From the NCBI RefSeq assembly GCF_032191835.1, contig NC_083234.1:2232001-2296000 (forward strand): a stretch of 64,000 nt of DNA, given 5' to 3'. The DNA comes from Heteronotia binoei. Lineage: Eukaryota. The notes beneath the pieces were generated by a model that saw only the letters and a list, made by a program, of their open reading frames with translations, had not been told where the DNA came from and did no database searches. Of the stretch, positions 50,701-63,849 are shown piece by piece. A program made the translations under genes and the position numbers. Positions within the stretch are counted from its first letter, which is position 1, and each line of letters opens with the position of its first letter.

Positions 50701-52576
50701 TAGAGGAGAGTCGAGTTGAAAACATGAGGCGGGGAGGGGGGTCCTTGCCTGTAGGCGGGCCTGAGTTCCGAGGAGGCTGCGGCCTCTCTCTCCTCACTGC
50801 CTGTGTCCCCCACTCTTTCCTAGAGACCCCAACGGCTTTGTGGACTGGACCTTCTCTACGGTGCGCTGCTGGGGGGAGGAGGCCCAGGGCACTTACCAGC
50901 TGGTGATCCACGATATTGGTGAGTTCTCCTGCCTCAGGCAGCGGCTCTTGCTTTGGTCCCGCCCAGCCCTGCTACGCCTCTCCTTCCCCTGGCTCACCTC
51001 TCGGGGGGGGGGGCTGCAAAACACGGGCTGAAGGGGGGGCTCCCCCGGGCCCATCTGCAGCCCGCTGTGTCTGGCAAGCACTCTCCTTTCAGGGGACGAG
51101 ACGCGCCCAGGGGTGCTGCAACAGTGGCAGCTGGCGCTCTACGGGTCCTCCTTGTCCCTGGCTGAGATCAAGGAGCGGCAGAGGTAAGGTGAGGAGCGTG
51201 GGTGAGGGGGGGCGACAGGCTTCCCAGGGTGGGGAGGGAGGGAGGGGCTCTTCCCACCTCGCAGGAGGAACCTTGTTTCTGTGGCATGACTGAAGCACAT
51301 CTTTGCCCAGTCAGCGTGTGCATATGCGAAGTCACACAGTATTGCAACGTTCTCTCCTTTGGCCACTTCCCTGATTTCCCCTCTCATCACAAGGTCTGTC
51401 TTGTGGCTTTGATCAGAGGAGGGGGTGACAGCACACCGCCACATAGAAGTAAACCGTAGGGCCTGCTATCTCCATCCATAGTGATTCTAGGGGTAGTTTC
51501 TTCCCCTGATGTTTTCTAGCATATTTGACTATTCTGTCTTTGAAACTACCTAGCAACGGGCATCTTGGCTTGCTGGCACAGGCCTTCTCTGCTAGGTGCT
51601 TTGCATTTACCTTTCTACAACACCGCAGCTGTTTGAAGTCTGGACAAGGGGTGGACTGGATGGCCTCTGGGCCCTGCCCAGTATCCCACAATGACCCCCT
51701 CCCCCAATCAGCGTGGCCCGTTCTGGCTGAGGGGGAAGAAAGGCTGCTGCCCCATCCTCTCCTGTGTCGGCCCAGCCCTCCCTGCTCTTTTGCCTGCAGG
51801 CTGCTCGAGGAGGCGATGAGCGGCCGCTTCCTGGATGCCGGGTTCTCCTTGCCCTGCCCGCCTGGCTTGACGATCTCGGAGCAGGAGCCCTACCCCATCC
51901 CTACCAACACCCTCAAGGTGGGCTCCGGGCAGGCGGGGGGAGGGCCTCCAGAGGGGCCTGCTGGGCTCTGCACTGCCTCTTTGCAGCCTGCAGGAGTCGC
52001 TCTTGGCAGAAGGGACCCTTGCCAAGGGGGGTGGGGATGAGCGCTGCAGGCTCCCTCGGTCCTGAACAGGTGGGTGGTGGGGAATCCACGAGCATGTGGG
52101 CAGAGGTCAGTGGGCGCGGGGCCTTCTGCGGGTTCTTTTGCTGAAGACCAGCAGTCTGGCCATTCTCTGCTGAGCCTCCTTCCCAGCCAGAGTCCAGCTG
52201 GCCGATGCCGCAGCCGAGTCTGTTCAGGTTTTGAGCTTTGGGCTGACATTTCTCTCCCCTGCCCCTCCGCCAGACTCTGATGTTGCTGGGCTGCTTTGCC
52301 ATCTTCTGGACCCTCTACTACACGCTGGAGGTGTTTCTGACCCGCAACAAGGTGGCCTTGGACCTCGCCGCCTGCAGCAGTGCCCGTGGATGCTCATGGT
52401 CCAAAGGCAGGGCAGCCTCAAGTCTGGAGGACGGGACAGAGATGGAGGAAACCGTCCCCCTGTGCATGGAGGAGGACATGGAGGTGGAGACTGAGATGGA
52501 GCAGCTCCCGGCCGGCCAGGAGGGGCACAAGGGCCCCTGGAGCTGCCAAAGCCCCAGGCGAGGAGAGGCTTGCTGA
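32715..52576 (+). CDS. PCSK7: Proprotein convertase subtilisin/kexin type 7 (PC7), 770 aa
   Basis: join(32715-33194, 33662-33796, 34829-34994, 39697-39787, 40102-40156, 40494-40632, 44043-44143, 46159-46329, 46465-46572, 47022-47124, 49882-50038, 50824-50918, 51093-51183, 51800-51917, 52274-52576) = 2313 nt. Prodomain site RSKR|[13 protein letters not shown], catalytic VVDDG / HHGTRC / SGNG / GTSAAAP, P domain RRGNL, TM and VPLC tail. An alternative start is the ATG at 32757. Confidence 0.97.
33420..33508 (+). mobile_element. MIR-like SINE tail ending in (TTA)n microsatellite
   Basis: AGCCGCCCTGAGCCT...GGGATATAAAT followed by TTATTATTA... at 33481-33508. Confidence 0.5.
36265..36892 (+). mobile_element. 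RTE/BovB-type LINE, 5'-truncated, with 10-bp TSD
   Basis: [32 protein letters not shown]...[15 protein letters not shown]; 3' end GTCGCAAAGAGTCGGACTCGACT...(CAA)n; TSD AGGGTGTTCA at 36255-36264 and 36893-36902. Confidence 0.92.
37672..38075 (-). mobile_element. MIR/Ther1-like tRNA SINE (Squam3-like) with duplicated 5' 115 bp
   Basis: Head AGAGCCAGTTTGGTGTAGTGGTTAAG...GGTTTGATTCCCC present twice with a 120-bp period (37841 vs 37961); (CTT)n tail at 37672-37686. Confidence 0.8.
39209..39551 (+). mobile_element. MIR/Ther1-like tRNA SINE with internal 79-bp duplication
   Basis: Same family as 37672. CTCTTATCTGGGAGAACC occurs at 39232 and 39311. Confidence 0.8.
41085..43575 (+). repeat. Tandem array (~18 units of 120-136 bp) derived from a CR1 LINE 3' end
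   Basis: Marker CCCTCCAGAG or a variant at 41241, 41375, 41497, 41631, 41765, 41887, 42021, 42155, 42275, 42409, 42544, 42678, 42810, 42944, 43075, 43209, 43343 and 43479. Each unit ends GGTCTGATCCAGCAGGGC.CTTCTGATGTTCTT, like the CR1 tails elsewhere in the window. Confidence 0.93.
44440..44830 (-). mobile_element. CR1 ORF2 N-terminal (endonuclease) remnant
   Basis: Minus [39 protein letters not shown] matches the APE endonuclease start of CR1 ORF2. Confidence 0.7.
47801..47835 (+). repeat. (AGGAG)7 microsatellite
   Basis: Read directly. Confidence 0.9.
48804..49699 (-). mobile_element. CR1 LINE 3' portion (TTCTTATG-tail type)
   Basis: ORF pieces [18 protein letters not shown] and [11 protein letters not shown]; tail AACATAAGAGAAGCC at 48804. 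Confidence 0.9.
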
Positions 52577-53426
52577 GCGCCTGGGGCAAGATCTGGCTAC
52601 CTCACCCTGGGCCACCCAGACAGTGGACTGAGAGCATCAGGCACACTAGCCGAATTGGTGCCTGCCTGCCCGCCCCTCCCGGAAGCATCTTCAGAGGAGC
52701 CCTTTGCCCTGGCAGCTCGCCCAGCAGCCACCTGAGGCAGGGCCCAGCATGCTGAAGATGCGGGGGGCAGGGGGGTCCTCATGCGGTCCCTGCAGGAAGG
52801 AGAGGTGCCCCCCATAGCCTGAACACGGAGAGACATCAGTGTCTCTTCCCGGAGTGGGGCACTGAGCGCTCTGGAGGTGCCCAGCTGGCCGGACTCAAAC
52901 TCTCGCTGCCTTATGCTGCTGCAAGCCACAGAGCAGCAAGACCTTGGCTGACCTCAGCCCCTTTGGCCAAACATGACCAGAGTTTCCTGCCAGGGAACCC
53001 TGCTCACTTCTGCCTTTGCTCTTTGTGCTTCCCTGCTTGCCTCTCGCCGTGCCGCCCAGGAAGGGCAAAAGGAGGCCAGCGGCAGGCCGGCACCGCCAAA
53101 GCCAACAGCAGCCTTGCCTCTGCTGCCTTTCGTGACTGGCCCCGGGGGTGGGGGGGCCTTGCCCAGAGGACAGTCCAGGCCCTGCAGCTGGGAGGGGCTC
53201 CTCCTCTCTCTGCAGTGTGGTCTGTGGCCTGCGGGGCCTGCATGAGCTTCTCAGCCTGCTTGGAGCTGCACCTGTGGAATGGACGGGCAGGGCTTTGTGT
53301 TCTGCGCTGGCCAAAGAGCTGGGGGCCTTTGCTGTCTTGAAGCCCGTCGTCCACCTTGGGGGTGGAGGGTGGTTTTAGTTCAGCGGGGTTTTGTTTTTTA
53401 ACAGACTCTTCTTTGCAGCTTTCCAA

Positions 53427-53432
53427 AATAAA
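53427..53432 (+). terminator. Candidate PCSK7 poly(A) signal AATAAA
   Basis: First AATAAA I found after the PCSK7 stop (52576), inside an AT-rich patch. Confidence 0.6.
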
Positions 53433-53971
53433 GCAATTTAAAAAGCCGAAGATGGTTGTGCCTCTCTTCCTGTTGGGCCAGCAGGAGCCGTTGTGGCTGG
53501 CCAGGAGGGAGAGGCCTGCGCAGGCCGTGGGGGGGGGGCGGTGGGCCTTCCAGAGAAACCCAGCTGGAGCAGGAGGGCACCTCCAGGACGTGGGAGAGGA
53601 GAGAAGGGGCCCCGGGCAGGCTAGAGCCCAAAGCAAGCAGGGCTGAGGAGGAGTCAAACAGGCAGCCAGAGAGATTGGCAGGTCTTGGGTGCTCAGCCTG
53701 AGCGCCCCCCACGATCTGGACTCCGGCCCTCTGCTGCTGCCCCTTTGCTAGCTGGGCAGAGACTTATGCCTTTTGAAACCGCATGGCAGCTTTTGCGGGC
53801 AGCAGACTGGAGGGGGTGGGGGGCAGAAAGGGCCTCAGCCATCTCGCCTCAGAGGAGGAGAGCACGGGGGGGGGGGGTTGGGGGCCAGCTGCCTCCCCAG
53901 CCCTGATGGCTGCCAGGTGGAAAGCAGGAACTGCCAAGAAAGAACCAAGGAAGCAACAGAGGTTCATACTT

Positions 53972-53977
53972 TTTAAT
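53972..53977 (-). terminator. Candidate TAGLN poly(A) signal ATTAAA
   Basis: TTTAAT on +, ~430 nt past the TAGLN stop, followed on the minus strand by GU-rich sequence. Confidence 0.6.
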
Positions 53978-54409
53978 GGATGAACAAAAGTAGTACAAAA
54001 CGGGTAGAAGGGGGAGGCAGTTACCCCTCCCCACGATAACAAGAGTTTTGTTTTCCTTGTGCAAGTTTCAGCCATTTCCAAATACGCAGCAGGCCAGTGG
54101 TTTCCCAGGGCCCCTTCTCAGGGCTAGAAGGCCAGCCGGCCTGGGGCTCGTGAAACAGCCAGTCTCTCCGCTTGACCCGAAACGATGCAGTGCGGGGCGG
54201 GCAGCCAGTGAAGCAGGGGGCAGGTGGGTGAGGGGCTGGGGTGGGAGCCCCACGGGGCAGTCTGGCTGGGCTCCTGGTGCTTGGGGGGGCCAGGCATCGC
54301 TGGACGGGCTGAGTTAAGGGGGCCCGGCTGGCACTTCCCTCGTGGCAGGATTCATTGGGGTGGCGTTGGGGCATGTAGCGTGGGGCCAGGAGGACCGCTC
54401 CTTCCCCGT

Positions 54410-56418
<2,009 letters not shown>

Positions 56419-56828
56419 GCTCACAGCGGGCGGAAGACCTGGCGGGGAGAAAGGGAAGGCAAGTGCCCGTCAGCCCTGCACCCAAAGCCCAGTCCTGACC
56501 CACACAGCGCCTCCCTTCCCCACAGCAGAGGACACAGGACCCTCTGCTTTGCTTCTCCCAAGGCAGAAGTCCCATTTTCAGCTGCCCTGAGAAGCTCCCT
56601 CCCCCAGCGCTTCTTGCCAGTGCCATCTGTTGGCTCCACACCCTATGGGGAAGGAGGCAGCTAGCCTCTCCCCACCGCCCCCCATTGGCTACCTGGCCAG
56701 CTGCTTCCAGGAGCTGGGCATCAGGCCCCCTGGCTGTTAGTCCTGAGGAATTTGGCCATGGAGCTTGCTGCTACTGCTGTGCCCAGGGCAGCCCTTCCTG
56801 AATCGGCGAAACTATAGGATGTTAGCAT

Positions 56829-57277
56829 ACAGCTGTGTAAATAAAAAAAACCACTAAACAGTGTAATGTAAAGGTCAGTGGTGTCCTGACAGAGCTTGCA
56901 CATCGAACCTGGAAATCTTACAGACATGTTCTGAACCTTGTTGGTCTCCTGTGAATGCATTGTAAAGATTGGGTTCCAATGATAAATAGGCCTCCAAACT
57001 GAAGAAAGATGGATGAAACCTCTTGATATCTGGAACAGACGTCTTTGGAAGGGCTTCTCTAGTTCCATGAACTAAATACTGGAAAATTGTCACTCCTTGG
57101 TGATTGGAAAGACTGCTTTTGAACTCTCTTCCACTAATGTCTTCTTGCTTCCATTAATGTGCCTGTCTTTTGAAGTTCTGTGTGCAAGCTCTGTCAGGAC
57201 ACCACTGACCCTTACATTATATTGTCTGGTTGTTTAAAATTCATGGTGTCTCTTAGCGTTTTTTTTATTTACACGCC
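56829..57277. mobile_element. Fold-back / MITE-like element with long inverted arms
   Basis: Arms 56864-56902 and 57181-57219 are 38/39 identical as inverted repeats; outer arms 56835-56850 and 57259-57274 are 16/16. The left end is TA|CAGCTGTG. Confidence 0.72.
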
Positions 57278-58182
57278 TTCCTGAATCAGGGCTGGGACCG
57301 GCCCTGGACAGAGCCTAGACGGGAGAGGCCTGGGGATGCTCTCCTTCCAGTGCCAGATTAAACCCTGCGAAGGCCCCTAGGAGGCAGTCGAAATCTTGGG
57401 GGGCCCCTTGCAAGTTATCTCAGAGTCTGTCTAAGTGCCCTCCCTGCCCCCCATGGCCCCCGCTGCAGCCTGCAGGCCCCTTCTCCAAAGCCACAAAGCT
57501 GTGGGGGAGAGGCAGAGAGAGCGAAACTTGGCCGCAAAGCCAGCAGCAGCTGCACCAGGCAAGGTGGGCAAAGAGCAGCTCTGTTGTGGCTGCAGGTGCA
57601 TGTTGGAAGGGCTGCAAGCAGGGGGGAGCTGGCCTGGGGCCTCTAAAGGCAGGGGGGCGCACAGGCCAGTGCCTACTTAGCCTAACTGTTAATCCGGCTC
57701 TGTCCCCTCCCCTCCCCTCCCCCCCCCCCAGCTCCAGGCGGGGGCAACAGAGCACTGCAGGATCACATTTGGTTAACAAGACAGTGAATCCTGAATCCCA
57801 CTGAAAGGTGGTGGCTGGGAATGTGAACCTCTGAAGTCTCACAACGTTTTCTCACCCAGACACCAGAAACATGTGTCCCTGATGGCCATTGTGCTCTGCT
57901 CCACCCACTGCAGCGTTTGCAAGTCAGGCCAATGCTGCCCTCTGGCCTGGGAGGAAGAGCCCCATGCCTGGGCCGGAAGCAGCATCTGCCTACAGCAAAG
58001 CCTGGAGACCTGGCGGGGGGGGGGGGGGAGGAGGGCAGGCAGGACAAGCCAGGAGGCTGGCAAGGTGGTGGTGGGGGGTCATGCCACATTTCCCGTGCTG
58101 CAGCCAGTGGAGGCTTGTCTCCAAAGCACCTCAAAGTGCTGGCCTTGTGCCCTGCAGGAGAGCTGCTCCCATCAGCCCGTTG

Positions 58183-58855
58183 GATCACAGAGGTGGAAGG
58201 GACCTCCAGGGTCATCTAGTCCAACCCCCTGCACAACACAGGAACTTCACAAATACCTCTCCTCACCCCTGCAGGCTCCACACCCAGAAGATGGTGCCAA
58301 AAAGACAACAAACCCCTCCAGGATCCCTGGGGCCAAACTGGCCTGGAGAAAAATTGCTGGCTGACTCCAAAGTGGGGATGGGCATTTCCTCCGGTGTGTA
58401 GAACGAAGCCCCGATGCAGCCCTTCCTGCCCTCCTCCTTATGATCTGTCTCATTCACGGGATCTTCATCGCTGTCAGGTGGCCATCTAGCTTCTGTTTTA
58501 AAACCTCCAAGGAAGGAGAGCCCACCACCTCCCCAGGAGGAAGCCTGTTCCACTGAGGAATCGCTCTAACGGTCAGGAAGTTCTTCTTAATGTTGAGCCG
58601 GAAACTCTTTGGATGTAATTTCAACTTGTTTGTTCTGGTCCGACCTTCTGGGGCCACAGAAAACAACTCCACACCATCCTCTATAATAGGACAGCCCTTC
58701 AAGTACTTGAAGATGGTGATCCTATCACCTCTCAGCCGCCTCCTCTCCAGGCTAAACATGCCCAGCTCCTTCAGCCTTTCCTCCTTGTAGGACTTGGTCT
58801 CCAGGCCCCTCTCCATCTCCGTCGCCCTCCTCTGGCCCTGCTCCAGCTTGTCTCT
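58183..58855 (-). mobile_element. CR1 LINE 3' portion (ATTCTRTG-tail type)
   Basis: [34 protein letters not shown]...FRLNIKKNFLTVR; 3' end GAGGTGGAAGGGACCTCCAGGG on +. Confidence 0.88.
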
Positions 58856-59954
58856 CTCCTTCCCAAGTGACCCGAAGGCTCTGGGTGAGGGCTGAGCAGA
58901 GCAGAGCAGAGCGAAGGGCCAGGAGGAGCCGGGCTGCTGGGCATGCAGAGCCTGGGAAAGTTCCCGCCCGCCCTTCTCTGTGCTCCTCTCAGCCGCCTGC
59001 AGAGGTTGGCTGTCTCTGGCTTGAGACCTGCCGCCAGATTTGGGGGCAGGCCGTGGGGATGGGAGGGAGCTCGGCGGCGGCCGCAGTGCCTTCTGCTCTC
59101 TGAAGCTGCCAATCCCACCAGTGCAGCCCATCTCTTCAGCCTGCTGGCGCTCCCTTGACATTCCGGGAGAACTCCAGGTCCCACCAGGAGGTTGGCAGCT
59201 GTGGTCTTGTCCCCCCAGAGGGCTAGGCAGCCAGAGGCCCTTGACTCTCCTGCTGCTGGGGCCCCCACCCCCACCCGCCACCACTGGGCACTCCTCACTC
59301 CGCAAGGGCTGAAGCAGCCCCGCCCCCGCCCATGCCAGGCCAGCTGCTCCGCCGCACCAGCCTAGCCCAGCTCGCTCGCTCCCCCTGAGCCCCGGGAACT
59401 TGCCAGGAGGGGGGGCCAGGGCCAAGGCTGGAAAGGTGGGGGTGGAGAGCATAAGGGGGGGGGTGTCTGGGATGGAGCCCCTGGCAGAGGAGACGTGGCT
59501 CATCTCCGAGGGACTACTTCGGCACTATTATTCTCCATCCGATCCCTGAAGCGCCCTTTCCCAGCTGCTGCCAGGCTCTGGGAGGCGCGCAAAACAGGCA
59601 GGCGGCCATCCAACTGATAGAGACCCTTCAAGTTCCAGAGAACAAAAAGGAATGAGGCGCTAACAAGACCCTGGACTGAAAGGTCCCCGCGGTGGCCGTC
59701 GAAGTTGCCGTCTCGGTTCTGGACCCTCCTGCCGCTTGCTGGGGGGGGGGGCGGGATGCCCGTGAGGTGCGGCGCCTGCAGCTCTCCTCAGCCACGGAGC
59801 TTTGGGCCACTTACTCCCACCTCGCAGGCCTCTTGGGTGGGTCCTCTTCTCCCAATGAAGTCGAGGTCAAGGTAGTCCCTGCGCAAGCGCCAGTCGCATC
59901 TCGGCATTTTCCCGGCAGACTTTTACGGGGTGGTTTTGCACTCCCCCCCCCCCC

Positions 59955-60118
59955 CAGCAAGCCGGGGACTTCTTTGACCGACCTCGGAAGGATGGAAGGC
60001 TGAGTCGAACACAGCCGGCTACCCGAACCCACCTTCCGCTGGGATCGAACTCAGGTCGTGAGCAGAGAGCTCGGACTGCAGGACTGCAGCTTTACCGCTC
60101 TGCTCCACAGGGCTCCTC
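59955..60118 (-). mobile_element. tRNA-derived SINE 5' portion
   Basis: Minus strand GAGCCCTGTGGAGCAGAGCGGTAAAG...GAGTTCGATCCC (A/B boxes), then GACTCAGCCTTCCATCCTTCCGAGGTCGG. Confidence 0.65.
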
Positions 60119-60662
60119 TTCCCCCAATCAGGGAGGGCGAAATACACGGCGGACAGAGAGACACAAGGCAGATCCCCCTCCAAGCAGCCCGCAGCAGCCC
60201 CGACCGCGCCGCGCGTCCTATGCTGGCCCAGCTGAAGCAACCCCCCCCCCTCCACCCCCCAGCTGGATCCCAGGCGCCCTTGGCTCCCCCCTTCGCTTCC
60301 CTCCCCTCCGGCGCTCTTGCGCTTCGTTCTCTGGCCTCCTCCTCTCTGCCATGCTGGGCAACGCAGCAGGGCCTCCTCGGAGCTGGCCCCCCGCCCGCCC
60401 TGCTGCTGCTGCTGTTCACCCCGAAGACAAGCCGCCCCCCTCTCCTCCCCACCCGCGGGGGAGCCCCAGCAAGCCCCCAAGGGCAACGCTCCCCACTGGG
60501 GACTGGCACGCTGGGTCGGGCAGCCCGCAGCCCCTAAGCTTCTCCCCCAGCCCCGCCACGCCACCCTCCCAGCCGCTGAGTGGGTCTGACTGCCCCCCAG
60601 CCCCAGCCCCATGGCCGTGCCCCATTCCTCGCCCTGCGCCCCGACGGGGGGGGGGGACTCAC

Positions 60663-60708
60663 GAGACGCAGCTCCGGGCGGCTTCTGCTGCTGCTGCTGC
60701 TGGGTGTG
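60663..60708 (-). other. TAGLN: Predicted non-coding exon 1 of TAGLN (TSS approximate)
   Basis: Donor CTC|GTGAGT at 60663/60662, ~30 bp downstream of the TATA-like CTTTTAG (60734-60740). The exon-2 acceptor gives an exon start at 56438. Confidence 0.6.
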
Positions 60709-60733
60709 GGGCCGGCCACAGCTGGCTCGGGGG

Positions 60734-60883
60734 CTAAAAGCTCCGGCTCCCGCCCGGGCGGCTGATGTCACCGGCCGTGCGCGCCGCTCCAGGCACCATA
60801 TTTGGGGAAAGACTCCCAAAAGACGGACATTCCCCAGATGCCTGCGTCGGGGGGGCAGCCCCAGGCAGCCCGGCCTTTTTAGG
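60734..60883 (-). promoter_or_regulatory. TAGLN/SM22 smooth-muscle promoter: two CArG boxes, MCAT, CRE/AP1-like site and TATA-like box
   Basis: CCAAATATGG (60796-60805), CCTAAAAAGG (60874-60883), GGAATGT (60827-60833), GTGACATCA (60763-60771), CTTTTAG (60734-60740). Confidence 0.85.
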
Positions 60884-61636
60884 CAGCCCAGCAGCAGCCC
60901 AGATGTTGAGCAAGAAGGAGGGCGGGGGGCTGCTTTCCCGGTGAGGTCACTAGGGGGCCGCTCTGGGCTGAAGCTCCAACAAGAGGCTGCAGGCTGCAGA
61001 AGCAGCAGGAAGGCCAGGATCGGGGCCCTCTGCAGATGCCGCCCCCTCTTGTAGGGGCGCCCCCTCCCCCCATAGAAGGCGCCTCGGGGTCTGGGTCTGG
61101 AGAGCTCCCCCACCCCCCAAAGCTGCTCAAGTGACGGCAAGATCAGGCCCGGGGGGAGCCAGCCAGCGGCAGAACTCTCCCAAGAAGAGCCCGCCGGTCC
61201 CCAAACCCGCTCGCTCAGGGGGCGGGGCCAGCACGTCCAGCTTTGTTCTGCCGCTGGAGGAGGGGGCCCAGAAAGCTTCTCCTTCAAGTCTCTCCCGGGT
61301 GACCCCGAACTAAGTTGGCAGCCGCTTCACCCCCCCCCCCGCAGGATACCTTGGCAAAGCCCTGGGGGGCGGGGGGAGGGGCGCTGCCCTTGAGCAGGAG
61401 CAGCTCAGAGAGCCCTTGAGGCCGCCCCCCCCCCCCCCGCCAAGCGGCAGCCCTCCTCCCCCTGCCTTTCGGGAGACGCCCCCCCTGCGGACTCGGGCCT
61501 GCCTTGGAGGAGCCCCACTACCCCCAAGCCCTCCCATCCCAGTAGAAGGGGACTGGAGGAAGGGGCCTGGGCGGTATTCTTGGTAATGCCTGCCCCCCTT
61601 CTACCCCAAAGGAAGCCAGCTTAGGGGAACGGTTAG

Positions 61637-62256
61637 CAGGGGCATCAAACATGCGGCCCAGGGGCCGAATCAGGCCCCCAGAGGGCTCCATTTCAAGCCC
61701 CCCAGCAACTGGCTGTCATCTGCTTCCTTCTCCCTCTCTCTTGCTTCCTTCTGCATCACAGCTTGCTTTGCCAGGCTCGCTAAATTGCACAGGAACTACA
61801 GAGCAAGGCCTCTATTTTCTCCATTGGCTGAGGCTCCTCCTTTGGGGAGAAAGGGGAGGGAAGACCACTTGCTTTGCCAGGCAATCTCAATGGCACAGCT
61901 ACTGAGCCAAGCCTCTCTTCCTTCTATTGGCTGAGACTCCCCCCTCCAGTCTCTGGGGAAGGGAGGAAAGAGCCAGAGCTTCCTTTGCCCAGTTCCCTGG
62001 ATCCATGGGAGAGAGATTTAAAAGGCACCTTTAAGATCAACCAGTGCTAATTTTTAAGAATGGTTTATTTTAAGGTTGTTTTTCTTTTTTAAACCCCCAC
62101 CTTTAATTGTGTTTATCGTTGCCCTTAATAAAGTTTGTATCTCTGCTACCGGATCTTAAAGAGGCACACACACGGCCCGGGCCAGCATGGCTCTGCCCAG
62201 CAAGGTCTCATTTATGTCAGAACTGGCTCTCTTAACAAATGAGTTTGACACCCCCG
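61637..62256. mobile_element. hAT-type MITE
   Basis: Ends CAGGGGCATCAAAC ... GTTTGACACCCCCG, with subterminal TGCGGCCC/GGCCCG motifs; no intact TSD seen. Confidence 0.6.
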
Positions 62257-62404
62257 GGGTGGGTTGGCGTGCCAGGCTAGATCGAGGTGGGCAGCCGGGG
62301 CGCTCTGAAGCAGCACAGCCCAAGTCGAGTCCAGCGACGCCTTTAAGACCAACCAAGTTTTATTCTAGGAATGAGCTTTAAGGAAGTGAATGAATGAAGT
62401 CTAT

Positions 62405-62715
62405 ATTGTAGGAAGGGATCTCCAGGGTCATCTAGTCCAGCCCCCCTCACAATGCAGGGAATTCACAACTTTGTTGTTCAGTCGCACAGTCGAGTCCGAC
62501 TCTTTGCGACCCCCTGGACCAAGTCCCGCCAGGCCCTCCTGTCTTCCGCCATCCTCCGAAGTCTGCTCAAATTCGGGTTAGTTACATCAGAAACGCTGTC
62601 CAGCCGTCTCCTCTTTTGCCTTCTGTCTTTCCCAGCATCCCCAGGGTCTTCTCCAGGGACGGCTCCCTGCTCATTGGGTGGCCAAATCCACAACGATCTC
62701 CCCCTAAATTCACAG
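62405..62715 (-). mobile_element. Short CR1 3' end hosting a BovB fragment
   Basis: GGAAGGGATCTCCAGGGTCATCTAGTCC...AATTCACAAC | insert | ACAACGATCTCCCCCTAAATTCACAGG. Confidence 0.72.
62470..62688 (-). mobile_element. RTE/BovB-type 3' fragment with 6-bp TSD
   Basis: Reverse complement of the 36700-36892 tail; TSD CACAAC at 62464-62469 and 62689-62694. Confidence 0.85.
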
Positions 62716-63092
62716 GCCCCGCAGTGCTGTCAGCTGGCCACCCAACCGGAGACTTCCGTCTGCCTGTATCTGAGGAGGATCGGGGGGGGGCTCTGCCGTG
62801 GGGGTTTCCGGGGGGGGTGACCTTGGGTTGGCACCTCTTGCCTTGCGGGATGCGAGTCCTGGCAGCGGCCCCAACGGGGGGGGGGGGGCAGACCCCAGCC
62901 GGGTGGCTACAGCTAGATGGAGCCCCCTCCATGTGGGGAGGGAGGGGCAGAGACCCCCCCTGGGCTCCCACCACAGCCCTCGTGGTGTCCCCTGCTTAGC
63001 ATCTGTACAGGTGGGGGTTCCACAGGGAGGAGGGAGAGCCCGGAGGACAGTCTTCCACTTCCCGGTGAACTCCAGGCTGTCGGAAATGGCCG

Positions 63093-63369
63093 GAAGAAGA
63101 AGACCATAGGTTTATACCCCGCCCTTCTCTCTGGATCAGAGTCTCAGAGCGGCTCACAATCTCCGGTATCTTCTCCCCCCACAAGAGACACCCTGTGAGG
63201 TGGGTGGGGCTGAGAGGGCTCTCCCAGCAGCTGCCCTTTCAAGGACAACCTCTGCCAGAGCTCTGGCTGACCCAAGGCCATTCCAGCAGCTGCAAGGGGA
63301 GGAGTGGGGAATCAATCCCGGTTCTCCCAGATAAGAGTCCGCGCACTTAACCCCTACACCACACTGGCC
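63093..63369 (-). mobile_element. MIR/Ther1-like tRNA SINE (Squam3-like)
   Basis: Near-identical to the 37672-37955 copy. Confidence 0.82.
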
Positions 63370-63849
63370 AGCGGGGATCCTGCCTCTCTGCCATCTTCCC
63401 GGCTCCAGCCCAAGTCAGGCAGTCATCCGTCCGGTCCAGTTAGCTCAGCCCACTCACAGGCCCGCTGTGGGGACCGGGAGGACTCGCCTCTCCTCCCCAC
63501 TGGCTTCCTGGAGCGGCTCCCAAAGGGGGCAGGCAGGGGTTGGAGTGGGGCGAGGGCGCTTGTCCTCCTCGGGGGCTCTGCTGCTGCTGCAGCCCGCTGA
63601 GCGTCGGCGGAGTCGTTCCCGGCGGCCTCCCTGCCGGCTGGTGAGGGGCTGAGGGGGGCAGCTGCCAGGCACCGCCACGCCCCCTCCCTTCTCTGTGCAG
63701 CTGGCATGGGGAGGGCTCCTGGGGGGAGATGCATGCTCTGGCAAGGGTCTCGCCCCGCCCTGCTGGCAACTGCCAAGCCCTCGAGCTTTCTACGGAAAAG
63801 GCACCGGCTTCGGGGTAGACTGCGACAAAATCAGAACAACCACCAAAGC

